Part shown: positions 40,860 through 53,880 of the stretch, piece by piece
Layout: each line of letters begins with the position of its first letter
How positions within the stretch are numbered: the stretch's first letter is position 1
NCBI RefSeq assembly: GCF_018350175.1
Contig: NC_058383.1
Location: 22,818,001-22,882,000 of the forward strand
Direction of reading: 5' to 3'
Length of the DNA: 64,000 bases
Source of the DNA: Felis catus
Taxonomy: Eukaryota
The notes under the pieces: model-generated
What the model saw: the letters and a program-made list of their open reading frames with translations, nothing else
Databases searched by the model: none
Told to the model about the DNA's origin: nothing
Translations under genes and position numbers: made by a program

Positions 40860-42590
40860 TGAAGTATAATTCACATACTATATAACTCATCCATTTAAAG
40901 TGTAGAATTCGGTGGATTTTAGTATATTCAGAGTTGCTCAACCATCACAGTAACGTTTAAAATATTTTCATCTCCAAGGCGCCTGGGTAGCTCAGTCGGT
41001 TGAGCATCGGCTCAGGTCATGATCTTGCAGTTTGTGAGTTCAAGCCCTGCATTGGGATCTGCGTTGACAGCTTAGAGGCTGGAGCCTGCTTCAGATTCTG
41101 TGTCTTCCTCTCTCTCTGCCCCTCCCTCGCTCATGTTTTCTCTCTCTCAAAAATAAATAAACATTAAAAATTAAAAAAAAAAAAAAAGATTTTCATCTCT
41201 CCCCAAAGAAACTCTGTATACATTAGGGTCACTCTATTTCTCCTTCCACCCTTCCCAGGGTCTGTCTCTATAGATTCATCTCTTATGGACATTTTAATTT
41301 TTTAAAAATATTTATTTTTGAGAGAGAGAAAGAGAGAGAGACAGGCAGAGAAACAGAACGCAAGTGGGGGAGGAGCAGAGAGGGAGACACAAAATCTGAA
41401 ACAGGCTCCAGGCTCCGAGCTGTCAGTTTAGAGCTGGACACAGGGCTCGAGTCCACGAACGGTGAGATCATGACCTGAGCCGAAGTCGGACGCTTAACAG
41501 ACTGAGTCACCCAGGTGTCCCGGGACATTTCATATAAATGGAACCATGCCTCATGTGATCTTTTGTGACTGGTCTTTTTCACCTAGCATAATGTTTTTAA
41601 AGTTCATCCACATTGTAGCAATACGTATCAGTACTTTATTCCTTTTTATTGCCAAATAATATTCCATAATATAGAATATTATTTATTCATTTTATTTATC
41701 CATTCATCAGTTGATGGACATCTGTATTGTTTCTACTTTCGGCTATTGTGAGTAACGTTGCCATAAACAATCATATGCAAGTTTTTTGTGGACGTATGTT
41801 TTCATTTCTCTTTGGTATATACCAGGAGGGAATATACCCACTGAGTTAATTCTATGTTTAACCATTTGAAGAACTGACAGACTCTTTTCCAAAGTGGCTG
41901 CACTATTTTGAAATTCCACTAACAGTGTCTGAGGGTTCCAATTTCTCCACATCCTCTTCCAACACTTGTTATCATTCAATAAAAAAATTATTATAACCAT
42001 CCTAGTGGGTGTGAAATGGTGTCTTATTCTGGTTTTATTTGGATTTTCCTGACAGTTAATGATATTGACCATCTTTTCATGTGCTCTTGGCCACTATATC
42101 CATTATATGGCCAATATGTCTTTGGAAAAATATCTATTCAGGTCTTATGATCACATTTTAATTAGGTTGTCTTTTTATTATTAGGTTGTAAGAGTTATTT
42201 ATATTTTCTATATAAGTCCTTTATCAGATATAGCATATGCAAAAATATTCTGTTCTGGGGGTTATCTGTTCACTTCCTTGATGGTGATTTTTGAAGCACA
42301 AACGTTTTTAATTTTGATGATGTCCAATTTGTCTATATTTCTTTGGTTGTGTGCGCTTTGGTGTCATATCTAAGAATCCACTGCATAATCCAAGGTCATA
42401 AAGATTTATTCCTATGATTTATTCTAAGGGTTTTATAATTCTATCTCTTATATTTAGGTCTTTGATCCAATTTGAATTTTTGTATGTGGGGTGAGGTAGG
42501 GGTTCAGATTTGTCCTTTCACACGTGGATACCCACTTGTCCCAACACCAAGACTATTATTCCCCCATTGAATTGTCTTGGCATCCTTAGT
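40860..42590 (-). mobile_element. Old L1M (L1MA/MB-type) 3' fragment carrying two Can-SINEs (40978-41186 +, 41300-41521 -)
   Basis: Minus-strand peptide remnants IRHHFTPTRM and NDNKCW; L1M-type 3'UTR. Confidence 0.85.
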
Positions 42591-42604
42591 GATTTTTTTT
42601 TAAA

Positions 42605-43985
42605 AAATATTACTCAAATTGAAGAAAACTTAATGGAAAGGTATAAGACGTTCATGGGTCATAAGACTCAAACTGTTAAAATGTCAATTAACCTTAAATT
42701 AATCCCTGGAGTTAATTCAATCCTAATCAAAATCCCATAGAGTTTTTGCAGAAATTGACAAGCTGATTCTAAACTTTATATGGAAAAGCAAAAGAACTAA
42801 AATAGAAAAAAGAAAATTTTGAAGAGGAAAAACAAAGTTGAATGGCATATACTATGCTCTGATATCAAGACTGATTACAGGGGCACCTGGTGGCTCAGTC
42901 GGTTAAATGTCTGACTTTAGCTCAGGTCATGATCTCACGGTCTGTGAGTTCGAGCCCCCCTGAGGTGCTGAAAGCTCAGAGCCTGGAGCCTGCTTCAGAT
43001 TCTGTGTCTCCCTCTCTCTCTGACCCTCCCCTGCTCGCTCTCTCTCTCTCTCTCAAATAAACATTAAAAAAATCTTAAAAAAATATGTCTGACAAAGAAT
43101 TCATATGCAGAATAAAGAATTCTTACAACTGAACAAGAAGGTAAGCAACCTAACAAAATAATGGGCAAAAGTTTTGAAAAAACACTTCACACAAGAAGGT
43201 ATATGAATGCCCCATAAGCACGTGAAAAGATGCTTAACATCATGAGTCATTGGGGAAACGCAAATCAAAACCGCAGTGAGACACCATTTCCCACCCACTA
43301 GAAGGACAGACAATACCCAGTGTTAGTGAGGATGTGAAGCAGTTAGAACTCTCCTACCTGACTGGTTGGGATGCAAAATGGTACAGTTTGGTGGTTTCTC
43401 AGAAACTTAAGTGGGTGCTTATCTATCACATGACCTACCAATCCCTCTTTTAATTACCCAAGGGAACTGAAACATACGTTCACATGAAGGCTTGTACATG
43501 TATATGCACAGGAGGCTTATTCATTATAATAACCCCAAACTGGAAACCAGCCAAATGTCCACTGGCAGGTGGATACATAAATTGTGGCACATCCATACAA
43601 TGGGATACTATTCAGCAGTAAAAAGGAACCTACCACTGATACATACAACAACTGGGATGGACAGAAAAGAAAAGAAACAGGCTGAGTTTAAAAAGCTAGA
43701 CGTAGAGGAGAATATACTATGTGATTCCATTTATATGAAGCCCTAAAGAAGACATACGAATCTATAGGGGCAGAAAGCACATCAGTGATGCCCAGCATAT
43801 CTGAGGTAAACACTGCATTGGCTAGAAAAGCACAGAAGGACACCTTTGGGAGGTGATGGAACTATTTTATATCTTGGGTGAGATGGTGCTTAGTTGGATG
43901 TATACATTTATAAAAGTTCACCAAACGCTATATTTAAAATGCAAGTAACATACTGTACATTGCTCATATTTAAAGTTTTAACAAA
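42605..43985 (+). mobile_element. Old L1M 3' fragment with a Can-SINE at 42880-43083
   Basis: Remnants VKMSINLKLI..IKIP, WAK..KHF, KLWHIHTMGYYSAVKRN. Confidence 0.85.
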
Positions 43986-44892
43986 AGACTTAAATCCATT
44001 GCTGTTTCAAAATTATGAGAGGTCACGTCTTAAAAATCTAGATTTTTCTTTATCTTTTGAAAAATTAGAACTATCTGACAATTGTCCCCATGTGGCAACA
44101 TTCTGCCAGAACTGAACAGTGGCAGTCCCCTAAGACGGATCACGTGCTCCCTGCCCCCCACCCCCAAGTCTCCCTATTCCCTATTTTCTTACACTCAGCC
44201 CACCTTATTCAGTTTTTAAAATTCCCTGCTTTGGCTTCTGTGGACATCTGACTCTGTGACCCCTGTAAATGGTAGGTCAGATGCTTTCATTAAAATCCCC
44301 TGTACTTAGCAGCAAAACCTCAATTACCCAAGGTTATCAGGGAATACGAGTTCTGGGTAGCTGGATTTTTATAGTTAATTGAAGGTTAACCTGAAAATGG
44401 ATTTGACTCTGGTCATTGAAAAATCTTTTATGTTTCTGCCTCCGCTAAGGGCAGGCAGCCCCAGAACATGACTGACTCATTGTTCTCGAGCACCTGGCCA
44501 GGATCAGAGTCGTGGATGGGGCTCAGCGTACCTAGCTGGAGATAGTGAAGAAGACTTTTTTTAGGGGAGTGGTTGGAATCTCTCCAGGAACCAGAACACA
44601 CCCTGGGCACCATTTCTATTTATAAATGCCAAGATTATGTGCATTTCAGGCACCCAGATTTTGGTCTCTAAATACCATTCCCAACCAAAAGGAATCAGGG
44701 CTTCTTGGAAAAATGGCTGATGCCAGTTTTGTTGTGAGAAATGTACAGGATGAGCCTGGGATATCTCATCATACCTGAAAGCAAAGGAAGGTATCAAAGA
44801 CTACTGGGGTCAGTCGAAAGGGCTCCTTGAAGGGGTCCTCACCAGCAAAGATGGGACAATTAGAGCATTTTTAAAAAAATTCAGTTAATTGA

Positions 44893-45105
44893 GGGGCACC
44901 TGGGTGGTTCAGTCAGTTAAGCCTCCAACTTCGGCTCTGGTCATGATCTCACTGTTTATGGGCTCAAGACCCATGTCGGGGTCTGTGCTGACCGCTCAGA
45001 GCCTGGAGCCTGCTTCAAATTCTGCGTCTCCTCTCTCTGCCCCTCCCCTGCTCGCACTCTGTGTTTCTCTCTCTCTTAAAAATAAATAATAAAAACGTTA
45101 AAAAT
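44893..45105 (+). mobile_element. Can-SINE
   Basis: Typical head/CT/A tail; flanking agttaattga repeats. Confidence 0.9.
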
Positions 45106-45399
45106 TTGTTTTAAATGCAATTAATTGAAACATATTAAATCCAAAAAAATCCATGGGCTCATTACAACACTGGAAAAGGGGGAAAGTAAGAATATTAATG
45201 TTATTAATAAATCAGGGTCATTAACACATGAGTCCCATTTGGGTTGTTTTACCCCTATTTGGGACACTAGTGGCTTGGCTGTTATGTTCCATAAACTCCT
45301 TAATTTACTGCAAAAATCTCCAAATTTCAGCTCAAAATCTAGCCCAAGGCCTGTTTTTGTATGGAACCTGAAGCTAAGAATGGTTTTTATGTTTTTATG

Positions 45400-45619
45400 T
45401 ATTTATTTATTTATTTATTAAGTTTATTTTTGAGAGAGAGAGACAAAAAGAGTGAGTGGGGGAGGGGCAGAGACAGAGGGAGAGAGAGAGAATCCCAAGG
45501 AAGCTCTGCACTGTCAGCACAGAGCCCAACTCGGGGCTCAAACTCACAAATTGCGAGATCATGACCTGAGCCGAAACCAAGAGTCAGGTGCTTAACCGAA
45601 TGAGCAACACAGGTGCCCT
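45400..45619 (-). mobile_element. Can-SINE
   Basis: Reverse-complement body; flanking ttttatgttttta repeats. Confidence 0.9.
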
Positions 45620-45814
45620 GGCTTTTATGTTTTTAAAGAGCAGTGGAAAAAAAAAAAATATGCTACATATGGGGCCAGCAAAACCTAAACTATTAATATA
45701 TCAAGCCCTTTATGGTAAGTTTCTTGGCACCTGATTTGCTGTGCCCTATATGTTTGCATTAAATAAAAAGATGCCCTTAAAATGAGTTTGGTTTTATTTT
45801 CCCCTGACTTATTA

Positions 45815-46018
45815 TTATTATTTTTAACATTTATTTATTTTTGAGAGACAGAGTGTGAGCGAGGGAGGCACAGAGAGAGGGAGACACAGAAACCGAAGCA
45901 GGCTCCAGGCTCCGAGCTGTCAGCATAGAGCTCAACGTGGGGCTTGAACCCACCAACCATGAGATCATGACCTGAGCTGAAGTCAGATGCTCAACCGACT
46001 GAGCCACCCAGGTACCCC
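45815..46018 (-). mobile_element. Can-SINE
   Basis: Reverse-complement body; flanking tcccctgac repeats. Confidence 0.9.
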
Positions 46019-46037
46019 TCCCCTGACATATTAATTC

Positions 46038-46350
46038 AGTGTTTCCCAAACATCAAGCATTTGCATACCACCCTGACAATTTTTGCTAAATTGTTGGAGC
46101 ACTTGTATCATTATTCACTTAATGTATAACATCACTTGAACTCACTTTTTTTTTTTTTTTGGTTAAAAAACTTCCACCTAGTCCTAAGCAATACTATGAG
46201 TACTCAGCAACACCATATCTGTGAAATAACTTTGATGTGTTAAGTCACATTTTCCTAATACCTATTAAAATAATTTCACTATTTGAAAAAGAGTCCCTCT
46301 TAAAAGAGGAACTTAAAATCATCTTGCTTTTCACCCTACGGAAAATTCTC
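46038..46350. mobile_element. hAT-Charlie-like MER relic; possibly related relic at about 51200-51400
   Basis: Starts CAGTGTTTCCCAAA, a Charlie-type terminus; shares gtcctaagc and aa..catct motifs with 51.2 kb. Confidence 0.45.
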
Positions 46351-49300
46351 TGTTGTTTTCTACCTGGCTGAAGCATTTCATCATGTATCTTTATGCCCTC
46401 CTTTTAAGTATGTTGGGGGTAGGCATAATTTTGCCCATTTCACAGAGGAGGTAACTTGAGCCAGAGAGACTTACCCACCATCAGAGTGAGTCAGAGGCAA
46501 ATCTGGAAATAGAAACCAGGTCACCTGGCTTCCAGCCACTTCTACCAACACACGTGATGGGACACCTGACCTCTTGCCCCCGCTCTAATGGGTGTGGGGG
46601 AAGTTTGCATTGTAGCAATGGGGTCAGCTGCCTCCTCCGTGGTACATATGCACCTCATTTGCCCAAGGCTATGGCCGTAGACATCTAGGGGTCCTCCCAT
46701 AGAGCTAAGCTCAGCTTGACTAATGGAGGTGATAAGAAAGTATCCCTTCCACAGCCCTCCAGGAGGGGAGAGGCAATGGTCTTACAGGAGCTGATCAGAG
46801 TCAGAGAGTGCTCCCAAGGTACATCGTTAAGTGAGAGAAAAGAAACGGCAGAACAGTATACAAAGTCTATATGCATTTGTGTAAAAACAAGAAAGGAAAT
46901 AAAAGCATTGAGATATTTACTGGTGTAAATTTACTGGCATAGCCTATCCTGGAGAGCCTACCCAAGAAAGCGGGAGCACGAACTACCTTCGAGAAGGAGA
47001 ACTGGGTAGCTGGGGACACAGGCAGGGAAGGAGGCTTCTGAGAAAGAGCTATTCCTTCTGCACCTTTTGTCTTTTGGATCATGTTGATGTTTAATCTATT
47101 CATTTATTTGGTCCGTAGACATTTATTCATCCCCTACTGTGTGCTCAGCACTGTTCTAGGCACCGAGCGTGCAGCAATAAACAACCAGTAAAGAAATAAA
47201 TCAATCCCTGCCTGTGTATAGCCTACATGCCCACAGGGGACAGAACCGGAAAATTATAAAGAGCAATTGCATTTGCAAATTTATGCTGATTACAGTTAGG
47301 TAAAAAAAAAAATCTGTATAGCAGCCATTAGATACACAGAGATGAAAAGGTTTTGTAATACCAAGTATCAGGCAGGCTTTGGGGAAAGCACACCTTTACA
47401 TGCCGATGGGGTGGGAGTTGGGGTAGTCATTCAGAGAGTAGCCGGCAGTCATTATTATGTTTATAATGTGGCAGCTGGGACCCTATGGCTCTACTCTGTG
47501 CATGCAGGCGTGCGTGTTTGCATGTGTGGGTCCACGTGTGTGTGCCTGTATGCACTGTAAGGATGGTGGTTACAACACTGTAATATCCCCAAACGGGGAA
47601 ACAACCTCACAGGCCAAGGGAAAGGCAGCTGGGGGTGGGTGGGGTGCAGACTACTCCACCACAGGGGCCGTCAGGCGTGTGGCGGGGATCTGGCTACGGG
47701 GAACAGGTGACCTAGCGCAGTCCCGACAGGTGTGTTTCCAGTGAGCCAAGGGGGGTTAGAACTCTGGGGCAGCTGGACACCCCCCACTCCAGGGAAGCCA
47801 AAAGCCACCTTGTCCCTTCAGTGCATAATTCAAATATGCTCATTCTCTGTCCACTGTGACGTGAGGAAGGCCGGTAATCACAGGTTAGAAGAGATTTAAC
47901 GTACATTCCACCCCCAAATGCTGAGAATATACGGATGGCAAGGTCATGCTGAGGTCACCTCTGTGTTCTTTGTGGTGGGGTGATGGAGTGGAAACTCTCC
48001 TCTTCCTCTATGGTGGCCATGCTCCTGCATGGAGATGTCCTTTGGGGTCACTGCCCTACCTTGTGGGGGTGGCGTCTGGGGTGGCGTGGGGGCATGTTGG
48101 TGGGGGTCCCATAGTTTCACTCTGTGGTGGGGTGATGGTGGGGCCAGTCCCACTCCACGGCAGGGGGCACCCTCAAAGGGCAATGCATTCCCGTCCACAG
48201 CACAGACAAGCACACCCCACAGCCCGGGGCGGGCCAGCAAACACTGGATGTTAAGGACCCAGAAGTGGCTTATGTTCCCATCAGGGGGCAGATGGTGTAG
48301 GATTTGGGAGTCAGACCCCAGTTAGGGCCCAGTTCTGCTGTTTCCTCAAGGGAGGGGCTCAATCCATGACAATAATAGGTTGGCCCTCCAACTCTTAATT
48401 TTCTCATCTGTAAAATGGGGATAACAGTACCTGCACCTACTAGGTTGTTGTCAGTATTCAATGAGATAATGCATGGGGAGCACTTTGCACAGTGGCTGTC
48501 ACATAGTAAGTCTTGAAAAACGTAGCTACTATTATTATTATTATCATTATCATTATTATTTTAAGGAGCAGAATTATTCAAAATGACTGTGGGTATTCAC
48601 CCTGGGTTCCTGGGACTGTCATTCGTGGAGAAAAAACCCACTGTCATTTGTGGAGAAGTGGTGCCCAGACTACTTCTTGTGGGACTATGTCCTTCTTTGG
48701 CAGGGAAATCCTGTGGTCCCCAGATCTCTTCTGGTCCCCAAGGTCCCCAACGGCTGGCAACTGGTTTTCCAGACAACTTCCGTAAACAGCTGTACCTAAA
48801 CCCAGCCTGTCCAGCACCAGCAGCCACACACATAGCCACTGACGAGACCATGATCCACAGGGGGTTGGGGGTGCCTCCCCTGGAATGGAGCCCTCACCAC
48901 CTCAGCATGTGCCCCGGCCCCAGCATGGCTCCCTGCAGGATGACGGGGAGCCTTGGAGATCAGAAACATCTCTGTGCTGCTGACTTTGGCCCCTTGCTCA
49001 CCCCAGACCCCATGGTGGTATGGATTCACCCCACCCCTCTGCATGGCTGGTGCCTTAAGGATGCAGGCGGAAAAGCCACACTCAGACCTGGAATACAGAA
49101 CCCCTTCCTCCCATGCTAATTCTAAGCAATCTTTGGGAAAGAAGTGTTGTGGGTTCCCTGTGGGAGGCTGGCTGCATCAAGCTGGGGGGACAGGGGACTC
49201 CACCCTGTGTACTCTCCTCCTCATACCTTCTTTAAAACCCTGGAACATCCTGGGGATGACTCAGGGGCCAGCACTCTCCCTTTGTCCCCAAGCAAGATGA

Positions 49301-50578
49301 AACCACCTTTCCTGAAGAGACCAATTAGGACATGAACTTTGTGATCTGGGGTGTTGGGAAAGGAGAGAAGCCTATTGTTGGCCAGTGTTGGAGGAACTGA
49401 ACACAGCCCGGGAGCGCTCAAAACAGAGCAATGATGCTCACAGAAGCCAGCGTCGGGGGGCGTGGGGGGCAAAGAGTGCGGGGCAAGGGCCTGCCACCAT
49501 CTTCACACTAGCCCTCTGCCAGCCTCCATCCCGTCCACCTGCCAGCTAGAAGTGGCCTTGCTGTGCCAGTCTGGCTGGTCCTCATATGAAAGATGAGTAA
49601 TGGTGCCAGATAAGGGCTCAGAGCCGCTGCTGCTGAAGAACGCTGGCCACACCTTGCAGGGAGCATGCGCCAGGGTCCTTGGAAAACCTGGTCTGGTCTC
49701 CAGACGTGAAGCCATAACTGAGGCCCTCCCCTCCCCTGCAGCCATCTGCATGGCAGCCTGGAGCACCAGAGACCCCACTGCTAAGAGCTTGCACACCATA
49801 CACCCTTGCTCCTCAGGCACTACACAACAAGCAAGTTACAGCATCCGAAGAAAGAGGCACTTGGGAGGAAATGTACAGGGATGGCTCAGGACACGGGTGC
49901 AGGGGCCAAGCTTTGGGTTTGAATCCAGCTGTGCTGTGCAACCTTGGGCAAGCTACATGGTGTGTCTGTGCCTCTATTTCCTCCCCTGAATACTGGGGAC
50001 AATATGACACCTACCCCCGAGGGTACTTAGAACAATACCTGGTTAACAGCAACTTGTGAGTAGCACCAGCTCTTAGGAGCCTTTATTCTTTCCAGGGCCT
50101 ATGATTGCTTTCCAGATACAAAAAGAAAATGGCAGCCATTAAATATATGCATGCAATGTGATGCTGACAAGATAAATGCTACTCCATGTTTAGGCGGTGA
50201 TATGCAAGTGATATGGGAACTCACTTTTTTGCTGGTGAGAGTTTTAAAGGTCACAGAGGAAAATGACCACAAGGACCAGGAACCTCAGTCTGTACTGTCC
50301 TTGAACTTCAGTACATCCTGTGGGCACAGAACTGGGGACCTTCTTCCTGGTGACCATCCATCACCCACTTCCCAAGAGTCACCTTTACCAGCTTCAGCCA
50401 GGAACTTAGAGTCAAAAGACTAGAACCATTCTTTTTTTTTTTTTAAAGACTCCCACATATATAAATAGAATCGTCAATAATGGTCAGGAGACCCCTGGGA
50501 CCCCTTCACATGCAAAGTCTAAAGAAAATCTCAAACACACAGATCCAGTTAAAAATCTCACTTCAAAAATAAATGCTT

Positions 50579-50791
50579 GGGGCACCTGAGTGGCTCAGTC
50601 AGTTAAGTTTCTGACTTCAGCTCAGGTCATGATCTCACAGCTTGTGAGTTTAAGCCCCATGTTGGGCTCTGTGCTGACAGCTCAGAGCCTACTTTGGACT
50701 CTGTGTGTGTGTGTCTCTCTCTCTCTATTCCCCTCCCCGGTTTCATGTTCTCTCTTTCTCTTTCAAAAATAAGTGAACATTAAAAAAAAAA
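50579..50791 (+). mobile_element. Can-SINE
   Basis: ggggcacctgagtggctcag head, CT tract, A tail. Confidence 0.9.
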
Positions 50792-51679
50792 GTAATAATA
50801 CACGCTTGACTTAGGGCTCAGATGGCAAAGCCATCGCCCCACAATTCAGAGGCATTTACCATGATGTTGCAGGACAGGACTTCCATGTTCAAAAGTGACC
50901 AGACAGGACCAGCTGCAGGTTTTAGGAGCTCAGATGTTGTGTCTGTGCTCAAGGTTTGTTTCCAGTACCTTCCAGGTTCTAGATCCAGCTTACACTGGAG
51001 GGGGGAAGAAGCTCTGAAAAGCTGCGTCTGAAGACGGAAGCCTCTGGTAGCAAAGGCAGGACAAGAACTTGACCTAAAGATGGTTGGCTGGCTTTCTGAA
51101 CCGGGGGGGTGGGGTGGGAGCTACCTACACAAGGGCCGACACTGAGCGCTGCCTTCATGATGTGGACTGCGTCCGGGCACCCATCTTTCTTTATGTTGAC
51201 TCACTCTTGTTTTTACTTAAATACCTACTTTAGCTTCGTCCTAAGCCAGAGTGTCCACAAAATCACAGGTTCACTGTCACTAATTATATATGTTTTCGAA
51301 TACACCTCAACATAAATAATTACCGATGAGATCAAAGACGTCGGTCTGCACACCATCTAAAAACCATCTCCACATGTCCCCTCGTACAGGGAGACACATT
51401 CAGCAAGGATCCTCCCTTGCCTCATAAACTCGCCAGATTAGATAAAATACCTCACCATTTTCAACGGTAGGTGTTGTTACAAAACCCGTTCTGTTGGTTT
51501 CTCCACTACCAGGCCCAGGATTATATCGGCCTCCAGCCCAGGAGAAGCTTGACATATGACCTGCCATCCAGACGGAAGACGGCAAGCTCTGTGACATTAG
51601 ATGTGCCTTGAGCTGCCAGAAAAAAACCCCTTTCTTTTATAATGGGCATTTATTTATTTAAATTTAAAGTTAAAAAATG

Positions 51680-51896
51680 TTTATTTATGTTTTTAGTATT
51701 TATTTTTGACAGAGAGAGAGAGAGAGAGGGAGAGAGAGAACGAGTGGGGGAGGGGCAGAGAGGCAGAGAGACACAGAATCCAAAGCAGGCTCCAGGCTCT
51801 GAGCTGTCGGCACAGACATACTTAAACTCACCAACTGTGAGATCATGACCTGGGCTGACGTCAGATGCTCAACCATCTGAGCCACCCAGGTGCCCC
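51680..51896 (-). mobile_element. Can-SINE
   Basis: Reverse-complement body with GA tract. Confidence 0.88.
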
Positions 51897-52226
51897 TTGA
51901 ATGGCCTTTTAAAAGAGACACAGGCAGTCATCTGGCCTTTGGCTAATATGTTAAACCTTGGAGGACCTGAGTGCTCCCGGGTTGTCATTTCCTTGTTCAT
52001 CTGGTGACCTAGAACCACAGGTGGGTTTGAAAGGGGACTACCCTTCCTGACAACAAAATCTCCAAGGCCTGGCTTCTCTGCATGAACACAGATGCGCACA
52101 GCAAGAAAATCTAAATGTACAATGGAGTGGAAGGATGGAACAGACTACCATCTAGGCATCCAATGAAAGGCTGGAGAGCCGTTAAGAAGGATGGTTAATT
52201 ATTTCTGTTTAAAACAAAGTATGGAC

Positions 52227-52438
52227 GGGGCGCCTGGGTGGCGCAGTCGGTTGAGCGTCCGACTTCAGCCAGGTCACGATCTCGCGGTCCGTGAGTTCGA
52301 GCCCCGCGTCGGGCTCTGGGCTGATGGCTCGGAGCCTGGAGCCTGTTTCCGATTCTGTGTCTCCCTCTCTCTCTGCCCCTCCCCCGTTCATGCTCTGTCT
52401 CTCTCTATCCCAAAATAAATAAACGTTGAAAAAAAAAT
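52227..52438 (+). mobile_element. Young felid Can-SINE (SINEC_Fc-type)
   Basis: TSD AAAACAAA(G/C)TATGGAC at 52211-52226 and 52439-52454. Confidence 0.95.
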
Positions 52439-52704
52439 AAAACAAACTATGGACTTATAAATAACTATGTGCATAGGGAAAAAAAAAAAGTTTGGATGAG
52501 ATTAACCAGAATGTTTATAATGGTTACGTTTGGGTGGAAGGATCTTGGGTTATTAAAAAAAAGTTAAAAAATGTTTTTAGTCTGTGTAACTTTTTTACAG
52601 TGAACACATATGGCTTGTATAATGAATGAGAAAATGATTTTTTACAGCAACACAGGAAAAAGCTTATGAGAGGATGTCACTTGACAAAAACGATATGCTA
52701 ACTA

Positions 52705-53165
52705 CAGAGCTTTCTCAACGTAACGATGGGGGTTATGTCCTGATAAACTTGTGGCAAGTTGAAAATATTCTAAATCAAACAGGTATTTAATACACCTGAC
52801 CTACTGAACATTGCAGCTCTGCTTAGCCTGCCTTAAAGCTCCTTGGAACACTGACATTAGCCCACAATTTAGCAAAATCATCTGACACAGAGCCTGTTTT
52901 ATAATTAAGTGGGGAATAGCTCATGTAACTAATTGAATATTGTATTGAGCATGAAAAGCAGACTGGTCGTATGGGTATAGCATGGTATCGGTGGTTTATT
53001 CTTGAGATTGTGTGGTTAGAACCACTGTGCAGCATCATGAGAGAGGATTGTATCACCAGACTGGGGAAAAGATTCCAATTCAAAATTCCAAATGTGGTTT
53101 CTACTGAATGTGTATCGCTGTAGCACCATTGTACAGGTGAAAAATTGTAAGCCGGACCATGTGTA
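52705..53165. mobile_element. TcMar-Tigger non-autonomous element (MER47/Tigger5-like)
   Basis: acgatgggggttatgtcctgataaac...tttaatacacctgacctactgaaca...ggtttctactgaatgtgtatcgct resembles the recalled MER47 consensus. Confidence 0.75.
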
Positions 53166-53429
53166 TGTGGAAAAATGGATTGTCAGGAAAAGTGGTGGTT
53201 AGGGCAGTGGGAATTATGAAAGATCTTTTTTTTTTTTTTAAATGTAGGCTTCTAGAATGTAGACAGAACTCTGGGAGACGGGTAGCGGGGATTCTGGATT
53301 GGTTGGGATGAAGGATCTACTATTTGGCAGAATGTAAGCTTTCTAGAGAAGGTCAGGTTGGATGTACACTTCAGCTTACATTCTAATATTCATAACTGCT
53401 TTCCAAAAATTTGTTACTTTTATAGTTAA

Positions 53430-53880
53430 AAAAAATTTTTTTACACTTATTTTTGATAGAGACAGAGCACAAGTGGGGGAGGGGCAGAGAGAGAAGGAGA
53501 CACAGAATCTGAAGCAGACTCCAGGCTCTGAGCTGTCAGCACACAGCCCAATATGGGGCTTGAACTCCTGAACCGTGAGATCATGACCTGAACCGAAGTC
53601 AGACGCTTAACCGACTGAGCCACCCAGGCGTCCCTATAGTTTTTTGGTTTTTTTAATTTAAAAAAAAAATTTTTTTTTTCAACATTTATTTATTTTTGGG
53701 ACAGAGAGAGACAGAGCATGCACGGGGGAGGTGCAGAGAGAGGGAGACACAGAATCGGAAACAGGCTCCAGGCTCTGAGCCATCAGCCCAGAGCCCGACG
53801 CGGGGCTCGAACTCACGGACCGCGAGATCGTGACCTGGCTGAAGTCGGACGCTTAACCGACTGCGCCACCCAGGCGCCCC
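53430..53880 (-). mobile_element. Two tandem Can-SINEs (older 53430-53634; young SINEC_Fc-type 53668-53880)
   Basis: Two reverse-complement bodies. Confidence 0.92.
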
